32,000 bases of DNA from Edaphobacter aggregans (GTDB lineage: Bacteria > Acidobacteriota > Terriglobia > Terriglobales > Acidobacteriaceae). The position numbers and the translations under genes are program-made. The stretch spans positions 1,680,001 through 1,712,000 of the forward strand of contig NZ_RSDW01000001.1 of the NCBI RefSeq assembly GCF_003945235.1, in the 5' to 3' direction. The notes below the pieces were generated by a model that was given only the letters and a program-made list of their open reading frames with translations, ran no database searches and was not told the DNA's origin. Shown here piece by piece: positions 25,251-32,000 of the stretch; within the stretch, counting starts at the first letter, position 1, and each line of letters starts with the position of its first letter.

Positions 25251-25278
25251 AGCCCCGGCATCGATGCTGGGGCTTTTA
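25251..25278 (+). terminator. Rho-independent terminator
   Basis: 9-bp stem GCCCCGGCA (25252-25260) / TGCTGGGGC (25265-25273), with one G-U pair, a 4-nt loop TCGA, then TTTT (25274-25277). It lies 106 nt downstream of the 24804-25145 CDS. Confidence 0.65.
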
Positions 25279-25316
25279 CCATCCGGAGATAAACATAATA
25301 AAATCAATACTTTTAT

Positions 25317-25347
25317 CCGTAAAGTATCTGAAATGAATACTTTACGG
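25317..25347. repeat. 11-bp perfect inverted repeat in AT-rich DNA upstream of dxr
   Basis: CCGTAAAGTAT (25317-25327), 9-nt spacer, ATACTTTACGG (25337-25347). A third partial copy ATACTTTTATCCG lies at 25307-25319. Confidence 0.6.
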
Positions 25348-25474
25348 GAACATGTCACACCTAAGTACATGATTCTAAGCACTTAATCAAAAAAGTGTGG
25401 TAGGGTACCGTCCACTCGAACAACACCCAGAAAGGCAACACAGAACACTCCGCACTTCTGAGAAAATAACCTTC

Positions 25475-26665
25475 GTGAAGAAACTCGCAATCCTCGGCTC
25501 CACCGGCTCCATCGGCAACTCAACCCTCTCCATCTGCGAGTCCTTCCCCGATCGTTACCAGATCATCTCCCTCGCCGCAGGCCGCAACGTCGACGCCGCA
25601 TTCGACCAGTGCCTCCGCTGGAGCCCGAAGGTCATCTCAGTAGCCACCGAGAAGCTCGCTGCCGATCTAACCACCCGCCTCCGCGCCGCAGGCCACGCCG
25701 GTACCGACGTCCTCCACGGCACCGCCGGAACCATCCACGCCGCCACGCTCCCCGAGGTCGACTTCGTAGTCTCCGCCATCGTCGGTGTCGCCGGCCTCGA
25801 AGCCACCTATGCCGCCGTCAAAGCCGGAAAAACCATCGGCCTCGCCAACAAGGAGTGCCTCGTAGCTGCAGGCGAGCTCATCATCGCCGCCGCCCACGAA
25901 CACAAGGTGTCCCTCCTTCCCATCGACTCCGAGCACAACGCCGTCCATCAGTGCATGCGCGGCGGCCGCTGCTCCGAGGTCCGTCAGGTCTGGCTCACCG
26001 CCTCCGGAGGCCCCTTCCGCAACACCCCATTAGCCGACTTCGAGCACATCACCCCTGCACAGGCCCTCAAGCACCCCACCTGGGTCATGGGCCAGCGCAT
26101 CACCATCGACTCAGCTACCATGATGAACAAGGGCTTCGAGGTCATCGAGGCCTGCCGCCTCTTCTCCCTACCCCCCGCCCAGGTCCGAACCACCATCCAC
26201 CCCCAGTCCACCGTCCACTCCCTCGTCGAATTTGTCGACGGCAGCATCCTCGCCCAGATCTCGGTCACCGACATGCGCCTCCCCATCCTCTACGCCCTCG
26301 CCTACCCCGAACGCGTCGACGTGGAAGGCAAAGTCGACCTCACCTTCGACCTCGCCGCATTGAGCCAATTGGATTTCTCCCAACCCGACTACGCCCGATT
26401 CCCCTGCCTCCGCCTCGCCTACGAGGCCGCCGAAGCCGGAGGAAAGGCCCCCATCGCCCTCAACGCAGCCGACGAGATCACGGTAGCCGCCTTCCTCGAA
26501 GGTAGTATCCCCTTCATGGGCATCCCGCGTACAATAGAACAAGTGCTGTCGCTAACATCGGGCCCAAGGCCGTCGTCTATCCACGAGGTGCTTCAAGCTG
26601 ATCTTGCCGCGCGCGAGTGTGCACGCGAAGTGATTGCCCGCCAGTCCACCGGCGTTCTACGATAG
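25475..26665 (+). CDS. dxr: 1-deoxy-D-xylulose 5-phosphate reductoisomerase
   Basis: KKLAILGSTGSIGNSTL (NADPH motif), LANKECLV, LLPIDSEHNA, HPTWVMGQRITIDSATMMNKGFEVIEA. I prefer the GTG at 25475 (VKKLAILG). The track start at 25397 adds 26 atypical residues inside the AT-rich region. Confidence 0.92.
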   Translation: MKKLAILGSTGSIGNSTLSICESFPDRYQIISLAAGRNVDAAFDQCLRWSPKVISVATEKLAADLTTRLRAAGHAGTDVLHGTAGTIHAATLPEVDFVVSAIVGVAGLEATYAAVKAGKTIGLANKECLVAAGELIIAAAHEHKVSLLPIDSEHNAVHQCMRGGRCSEVRQVWLTASGGPFRNTPLADFEHITPAQALKHPTWVMGQRITIDSATMMNKGFEVIEACRLFSLPPAQVRTTIHPQSTVHSLVEFVDGSILAQISVTDMRLPILYALAYPERVDVEGKVDLTFDLAALSQLDFSQPDYARFPCLRLAYEAAEAGGKAPIALNAADEITVAAFLEGSIPFMGIPRTIEQVLSLTSGPRPSSIHEVLQADLAARECAREVIARQSTGVLR

Positions 26666-26705
26666 CCAGCAAAGCCACCACCCGAACGAGGTCCCCAACT
26701 CTCCC

Positions 26706-28055
26706 ATGTCAACAATCTTCGAACTTGCCATCGTCCTTGGCATCATGGTTCTCGTCCACGAATTTGGCCACTTCGCCGTCGCCAAGCTCTGCGGCATCCG
26801 CGTCGAAACCTTCTCCATCGGCTTCGGCAAGCGCCTCTTCGGCTTCAGGCGCGGCGACACCGACTACCGCATCTCCCTCCTACCCCTCGGCGGCTACGTC
26901 AAGATGGCTGGCGACAACCCCGGCGAAGCCCCCACAGGCGACCCCGGTGAGTTCAACGCCCACCCCCGCTGGCAGCGCATCCTCGTCGCACTCGCAGGCC
27001 CCTTCGCCAACTTCGCCCTCGCCCTCGGCCTCATGACCGGCGTCTACATGCTCCACAACGAGGTCCAGGAGTACATCAGCGGCCCCGCCCAGACCGATTA
27101 CATCCCGGCCAAAACCCAGGCCACCACCACCGGCATCCAGGCCGGCGACCTCATCGTCCACTACGACACCGTCGAGAATCCCACCTGGGATCAGGTAGCC
27201 ATCCGCTCCCTGCTCAACATCAATCAGCCGGTGGCCTTCTCCTACCTCCACAACGGACAGCGCACCGACACCAGGATCCTCGTCGAATCCAAAGGCGGCC
27301 CGGACAACTTCTCCCTCGACAGGCTCGGCCTCATCCCCAAGATGCAGCCCACGCCAGTCCAGGTCGACTCCCTTGAGCCCAACATGCCCGCCATCCGCGC
27401 CGGCCTCCAGCCCAAGGACCAGATCCTCTCCATCGACGGCCTCCAGCTCCACTCCGTACCCGCCCTGCTCGCCCACCTGCAGGACCAGGCCGGCAAGCCC
27501 GCATCACTCGTGATCCTCCGCGACGGACAGCAAGTGCCCATGCAGATCACGCCCGAGCTCGCTGATCGTGGCGACGGCGTCAAGGACTACCGCCTCGGCT
27601 TCAAGTACGTCCAGCCCCCCGTCAAGGTAGAGCGCCTGCCCCTCAGCAAGGCCATGGTCGCCTCGTGGGATTACAACAAAAAGGGCTCCCTGCTCATCGT
27701 CGAAGTCCTCCGCCGCATGTTCACGCGTCAGGTCTCGGTTCGCAGCCTGAGCGGCCCCATCGGCATCGGCACCCAGATCCACCAGGCCGTTCAGATGCCC
27801 GGTTGGATGCCCCTCATCGGCCTGATGTCCTACATCAGCCTGAACCTCGGCATCTTCAACCTCCTGCCGATCCCCATCCTCGACGGCGGCATGATCCTGT
27901 TCCTCCTGATCGAAAGCGTCCTTCGCCGCGATCTCAATCAGCAACTCAAAGAGCGCGTCTACCAGGTCGCCTTCGTCTGCATCCTGATCTTCGCCGTCAT
28001 GGTCATCTTCAACGACCTGACCAAACTCAACCTCTTCACCAGACTCAAGCCCTAA
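26706..28055 (+). CDS. rseP: RIP site-2 metalloprotease RseP
   Basis: HEFGHF zinc motif in TM1 and PDZ-like segments (IQAGDLIVHYD, IRAGLQPKDQILSIDG). C-terminal NLLPIPILDGG motif. I prefer the ATG at 26706 (MSTIFELAIVLGIMVLVHEFGH), which also avoids overlap with dxr. Confidence 0.93.
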   Translation: MSTIFELAIVLGIMVLVHEFGHFAVAKLCGIRVETFSIGFGKRLFGFRRGDTDYRISLLPLGGYVKMAGDNPGEAPTGDPGEFNAHPRWQRILVALAGPFANFALALGLMTGVYMLHNEVQEYISGPAQTDYIPAKTQATTTGIQAGDLIVHYDTVENPTWDQVAIRSLLNINQPVAFSYLHNGQRTDTRILVESKGGPDNFSLDRLGLIPKMQPTPVQVDSLEPNMPAIRAGLQPKDQILSIDGLQLHSVPALLAHLQDQAGKPASLVILRDGQQVPMQITPELADRGDGVKDYRLGFKYVQPPVKVERLPLSKAMVASWDYNKKGSLLIVEVLRRMFTRQVSVRSLSGPIGIGTQIHQAVQMPGWMPLIGLMSYISLNLGIFNLLPIPILDGGMILFLLIESVLRRDLNQQLKERVYQVAFVCILIFAVMVIFNDLTKLNLFTRLKP

Positions 28056-28084
28056 GAAGCGCGAGTCAGCAAGCCAGCAAACAA

Positions 28085-28137
28085 AACGGTCAGCCGATGA
28101 CGATGAACTTCGCGTCCGCTGACCGTTTGTATTTAAG
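28085..28137. terminator. Bidirectional terminator-like hairpin between convergent genes
   Basis: 10-bp perfect stem AACGGTCAGC (28085-28094) / GCTGACCGTT (28118-28127) with a 23-nt loop. It is flanked by TGTATTT on the + strand and by TTTGTTTG on the - strand. Confidence 0.5.
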
Positions 28138-28164
28138 CTGACTCGCTAACCAGCTGACTCGCTG

Positions 28165-28320
28165 CTAATCATCCCCACCACTCACACGACCTTTATCCCG
28201 AGGTTCACCCCGCTTCTCCACCTCATCACCCTCTGACTTACCCCACTTGGTCTTCCCCAGAGTCACCGCGACCAAAACGACCAGCAGCAGAACCAGCACC
28301 GCTAACGCAGTAAAGGTCAT
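28165..28320 (-). CDS. Small (51 aa) single-pass membrane protein, not in the supplied ORF track
   Basis: My own translation: MTFTALAVLVLLLVVLVAVTLGKTKWGKSEGDEVEKRGEPRDKGRVSGGDD*. GGAGG lies 5 nt upstream of the ATG (gtaGGAGGttgtgATG). Hydrophobic N-terminus plus charged tail. Codon style (G-ending) matches neighbouring minus-strand genes. Confidence 0.45.
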   Translation of the reverse strand: MTFTALAVLVLLLVVLVAVTLGKTKWGKSEGDEVEKRGEPRDKGRVSGGDD

Positions 28321-28399
28321 CACAACCTCCTACACCGTCTGTATTACGTGTGAGGCCCGCCCCAGTCCATCGGTTGCTCCCATTATGCTCCGTTTTTGC

Positions 28400-29401
28400 T
28401 TAGGACACGAAGCCTCTCTCCCGCAACTCCGCAGCAATCTCTCCCGCAGCCTTTCGAGCCTCGTCCTCGCGGTCCGGAGGAAAGCTGACCGCCCCCACCC
28501 GCGCATGACCGCCGCCCCCATACCGCTCGCAAATCGCCGCTAGATTCACCAGCTTCTCTGCAGGCAGAGGCGTCCACGGATTCGTCCCCACCGCAACCTT
28601 CGTCCGAAAAGAAGACTTGCTCAACCCAACGTTATAAGTCCCATCAGGAAACAAATAGTAGGGGATGAACTTGTTATAACCTTCGGTCGGCTGGTCGGTG
28701 ATATCAAACGTAATCACACCCTTATCCAGCGAAGCTCGCGACCGGATCAGCTCCAGCCCCGCCCAATGCCGTTCCATCAGCGGACCCAGCAACTCCTGCA
28801 CAAACGGCTGGTCGAGCACCTCCTGCAGCGGCATCTCCGTCAGCAGCGGAATCAGCCGCTTCACCAGAGAATCATCCTGCGTGCTCTCGATCACCATCGT
28901 CAACTTCATCGCAGGAGCAGCCATCTCAACCGCAGCCTTCGCGCTCTCATACTTCGCACCGTCCACAATATCGGCCCACTTGATCAGCTCTGCCAACGGC
29001 GCTACATCGAACCCGAACTTCGTCTTCCCGATATGCGCAATAAAGCTTGTGCATGAGGTATAGCTCGGATCAAAGAACTTCCACATCACCTGCGACCCAT
29101 CCGCCTGTCCGCGCTCAAAATCCTTCTGATCCTCAGGCGTCAAAAACGCACTCAAATGATGATCGAACCACCACGTCACCTTAGGCGAAGCCGAATACTT
29201 GAAATCGACAATCGCATTCTCGTCTCCATGCGAGACATCGAGAAAGTCCCGCTCATCGAACAGCGCACCCGCGCGATGCACCAGCCCGTGATACGAAAAC
29301 TGATCGGCGGTCTTCACGCACTCCCGGTGAAACCGCGTAAACACCGAGGCCGAGCAAGCCCCATCGAAACATTTATCGTGATAAAAAACACGGCATTCCA
29401 A
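28400..29401 (-). CDS. DHH/DHHA1-family phosphoesterase
   Basis: YHDKCFDGACSA (motif I-like), VDFKYS, WWFDHH (DHH motif), and the C-terminal YGGGGHARVGAVSF (DHHA1 GGGH motif). TTG start at 29401 with GGGGGA upstream; there is no nearby in-frame ATG. Confidence 0.82.
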   Translation of the reverse strand: MECRVFYHDKCFDGACSASVFTRFHRECVKTADQFSYHGLVHRAGALFDERDFLDVSHGDENAIVDFKYSASPKVTWWFDHHLSAFLTPEDQKDFERGQADGSQVMWKFFDPSYTSCTSFIAHIGKTKFGFDVAPLAELIKWADIVDGAKYESAKAAVEMAAPAMKLTMVIESTQDDSLVKRLIPLLTEMPLQEVLDQPFVQELLGPLMERHWAGLELIRSRASLDKGVITFDITDQPTEGYNKFIPYYLFPDGTYNVGLSKSSFRTKVAVGTNPWTPLPAEKLVNLAAICERYGGGGHARVGAVSFPPDREDEARKAAGEIAAELRERGFVS

Positions 29402-29555
29402 TTCAGCAGTCCCCCATAAAATGCACCCGAGCTCTCAAGGTACGAATCTCTAGCATATCGACACCGCAAACCCTGTCAAACCGCGCATCATCGACGCCCG
29501 CGATGGAACCGGAGTATTCTCACTGCCGTATACCACTCAGCATCCGAGGAACCCC

Positions 29556-30596
29556 TTGAACGAATTCACCCCAGAGACCCCCAGCGCACCCGAGGCTCCC
29601 GTTCCATCGGCCCTCCACCGCATCTTCATCGGTCAGGACGGCCTCCGTCCCGGCTGGGGCCTTCTGACATTCGTCATTCTTTTCTTCTTGCTCGTCCGCG
29701 CCGCCGGATTCCTCGCTCACCTGATCCACCTTCTGCCGATGCGCGCACCCGGAGCCGTCAGGCCCGATCCCGCCCCCCTCTTCACCATCATCTCCGAGGC
29801 CATTCCCTTCCTCGTCGTAGCCCTCGTCAGCTGGATCATGTCCCGCATCGAGCGCCGCCCCGTCGGCGTCTATGGCCTCGGCGGCCAACGCAAACTGCCG
29901 CTCTTCCTTGTCGGAGCCTTCTGGGGAGCCCTCTTCCTCTCTATGCTCGTCCTCATCCTCTGGAAGACCGGCCTCCTCATCGTCGACATGCGCCTTCTCT
30001 TCGGCAGCGACGTTCTCCGCTACGCAGCAGTATGGCTCACAGGCTTTCTCGTCGTCGGTCTGCTCGAGGAGTACCTCACCCGCGGCTATCTTCAGTACAC
30101 ACTCACCCGCGGCCTCGCTGCCCTCTACCGCTTCGCCTTCAAGACTCGCCACAGCACAGCACTCGGCTTCTGGAGCGCCGCCCTGATCCTTTCCATCCTC
30201 TTCGGCGCCGGCCACGGCAACAACCCCGGCGAATCCCCCATCGGGCTCGTCGCCGCCGGACTCGCCGGCTTAGTCTTCTGCCTCAGCCTCTGGCGCACCG
30301 GCTCCCTCTGGTGGGCCATCGGCTTCCACGCAGCATGGGACTGGGCACAATCCTTCCTTTACGGAGTGGCCGACAGCGGCACGATGGTCAAATTCCATCT
30401 GCTGGCCACGCACCCCGTCGGCAAGCCAATCCTCAGCGGCGGAGCCACCGGCCCTGAAGGCAGCATCTTCATCCTGCCGATCCTCTTCCTCGTCTCGCTT
30501 GTCATCATCTACACCCTGCCCCACACCAACCCACTCGCAAACGATGGCGGCGATTTGATCAACCTCAAAACCTCAAGCCTGGACGCTGAAGCCTAA
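29556..30596 (+). CDS. CPBP-family intramembrane glutamic endopeptidase (CAAX protease/Abi-like)
   Basis: Motif 1 GLLEEYLTRGYL (EExxxR), motif 2 LFGAGH (FxxxH), motif 3 GFHAAWDW (HxxxD/N), and multiple TM helices. TTG start (uncertain). Confidence 0.85.
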   Translation: MNEFTPETPSAPEAPVPSALHRIFIGQDGLRPGWGLLTFVILFFLLVRAAGFLAHLIHLLPMRAPGAVRPDPAPLFTIISEAIPFLVVALVSWIMSRIERRPVGVYGLGGQRKLPLFLVGAFWGALFLSMLVLILWKTGLLIVDMRLLFGSDVLRYAAVWLTGFLVVGLLEEYLTRGYLQYTLTRGLAALYRFAFKTRHSTALGFWSAALILSILFGAGHGNNPGESPIGLVAAGLAGLVFCLSLWRTGSLWWAIGFHAAWDWAQSFLYGVADSGTMVKFHLLATHPVGKPILSGGATGPEGSIFILPILFLVSLVIIYTLPHTNPLANDGGDLINLKTSSLDAEA

Positions 30597-32000
30597 ATCC
30601 TCACCGCGCGAAACCGGCTGTCCTCCAGATCCAGCTCGCGCTCAATCGTCCGTACCACATCGTCGCTGATCTTGCCCTCCTCCTGCAGCCGCAGCAAAGC
30701 TTCCCGCTCCGCCTGAACCGCACCCTCGCCCACCTCCAGCAGATGCTTGTAGATGTGAACATTCTCCCCATTCTCATCATGCCCTTCCGCAACGTGCTCC
30801 AGCTTGTGTCTGTACCGATCCATCAGATCGTTGAAGACGTGCGAATGTTCCTCACCGCACACCAACCGCTCCCGCTCCAGATACTCGATCGCTGCCCGGA
30901 AAACAATTCGCCGCGCCTCTGTCTCCTCCGGATCGACCCCCTCCGTCCCTGCCAGGCCCAGCGCGCGAATCACCGACGGCAGCGTCAACCCCTGCAACAC
31001 CAGCGTCACCAGAATCACGCAGAACGACAGAAAAAGAATCAAATTCCGCGGCCCAAACGGCTGCCCATTGACCATCTCTGGAACCGAGATCGCCGCCGCC
31101 AGCGCCAGCACCCCACGCATTCCCGTCCAACCAATCACAAAGATGCTGCGCCGATCCAGCTTCTTCTCCTCGTGCCCCATCCACTTCTTCACCAATTCAG
31201 CGATCCGCACCGCCGGATACACCCACACCATTCGCAGCGCAATCACCACTACGCTAAAGATCACCCCATACTCCGCCAGCACCACCGTCCCATACTTCCC
31301 ATGAATCGCCGCCACCACATACGGCAGTTGCAGGCCAATCAACACAAACACAAGGCCATTCAAAACAAACGTCAGCGCCTCCCACGCTCCGGTCACCTGC
31401 AAACGAACCGCAGGCGAAAAGAACGTCGCACTCTTTCGGCTCATATAAAGTCCACACGCCACCACCGCCAGAACACCTGAAGCCTTGGCCTCCTCACCCG
31501 CCAGGTACGCCGCATACGGAACAATCAGACTCACCACCATCTCCACCGGGCCATCGTCGATGAACCGCTCCATCCACGCCACCGCCACCCCAATCAACAA
31601 TCCGATCCCAAGCCCGCCCACTACCAGATAAATCAGCCGCGCCAATCCCGCCCCCACCGTCGGCATCTCCCCTCGCGCAATAATGGCAAGCCCAATCTCG
31701 AGCGCGAGCAATCCGGTCGCATCATTCAGTAGGCTCTCCCCCTCCAGAATGTCGACGATCCGCCGAGGCAGCCCAATCTGCTTGGCAATCGAAGTAGCCG
31801 CAATCGCATCCGTCGTAGAAACCACCGCACCTAGAAGAAATCCAGCTTTCCAATCCAGCGCCGTAATGAACCGGTCGGAGAACTCCGCCAACCCCCAAAC
31901 CGTAAACCCCACCAACCCGAACGCCAGCAGCCCAATCAGCAGCAGGTTGTGCCGGAAGTCCCTCCACGAAGCATTCCACGCCGACGAGAACAGCAACGGC
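30593..32000 (-). CDS. CPA1-family Na+/H+ antiporter (NhaP-like), N-terminus outside window
   Basis: VVSTTDAIAATSIAKQIGLPRRIVDILEGESLLNDATGLLALE is the conserved CPA1 core. There is a long cytoplasmic helical C-terminal tail. The reading frame stays open to the window edge. The stop overlaps the CPBP stop by 4 nt (convergent). Confidence 0.9.
   Translation of the reverse strand, partial: PLLFSSAWNASWRDFRHNLLLIGLLAFGLVGFTVWGLAEFSDRFITALDWKAGFLLGAVVSTTDAIAATSIAKQIGLPRRIVDILEGESLLNDATGLLALEIGLAIIARGEMPTVGAGLARLIYLVVGGLGIGLLIGVAVAWMERFIDDGPVEMVVSLIVPYAAYLAGEEAKASGVLAVVACGLYMSRKSATFFSPAVRLQVTGAWEALTFVLNGLVFVLIGLQLPYVVAAIHGKYGTVVLAEYGVIFSVVVIALRMVWVYPAVRIAELVKKWMGHEEKKLDRRSIFVIGWTGMRGVLALAAAISVPEMVNGQPFGPRNLILFLSFCVILVTLVLQGLTLPSVIRALGLAGTEGVDPEETEARRIVFRAAIEYLERERLVCGEEHSHVFNDLMDRYRHKLEHVAEGHDENGENVHIYKHLLEVGEGAVQAEREALLRLQEEGKISDDVVRTIERELDLEDSRFRAVRI

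Noticed and set aside
25609-26505. 298-aa Arg/Pro-rich ORF in an alternative frame of dxr
   Set aside because: The composition (about half Arg/Pro/His) is a frame artefact of C-rich codons. dxr in the other frame has all conserved motifs.
29520-30215. 231-aa ORF antisense to the CPBP protease gene; likewise 30743-31480 antisense to the antiporter
   Set aside because: These are acidic/Gly-rich or Arg/His/Pro-rich shadow translations opposite genes with clear family motifs.

Overview
High-GC (roughly 58-60% by eye) bacterial chromosomal segment. Gene content and sequence style look like Acidobacteriota (Terriglobia-like), but that taxonomic call is only inference. I support about 38 protein-coding genes. 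I recognised no rRNA, tRNA, CRISPR array, transposase or integrase. Housekeeping backbone: hrcA-grpE-dnaJ, rsmE, and uppS / cdsA / dxr / rseP. The isoprenoid/envelope cluster is split by two accessory islets. The standout is a translationally coupled six-gene minus-strand operon at 678-4195. In order it encodes a Sec-exported six-cysteine Lys/Gly-rich small protein, a DUF692 (MNIO) enzyme, a DUF2063 partner, DoxX, an ECF sigma factor and a soluble ZAS-type anti-sigma. This is the architecture of an MNIO-dependent RiPP (bufferin-like periplasmic metallophore) system, here with a tandem C-x5-C-x5-C precursor and its own redox/metal-type sigma switch. Other items worth a second look:
- a ChlI-like AAA+ / VWA pair with deviant Walker motifs;
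- a completely cysteine-free Mrp/NBP35 homologue;
- a secreted protein with 23 consecutive alternating Asn positions, next to a LolA-like DUF2092 protein;
- a PadR operon with a helically phased GATA/palindrome operator region;
- a ~210-bp AT-rich structured insert upstream of dxr;
- an unlisted 51-aa membrane ORF;
- a sign change of synonymous-site G/C strand asymmetry near 10-10.8 kb.
All calls come from reading the sequence and ORF translations. No searches were run.
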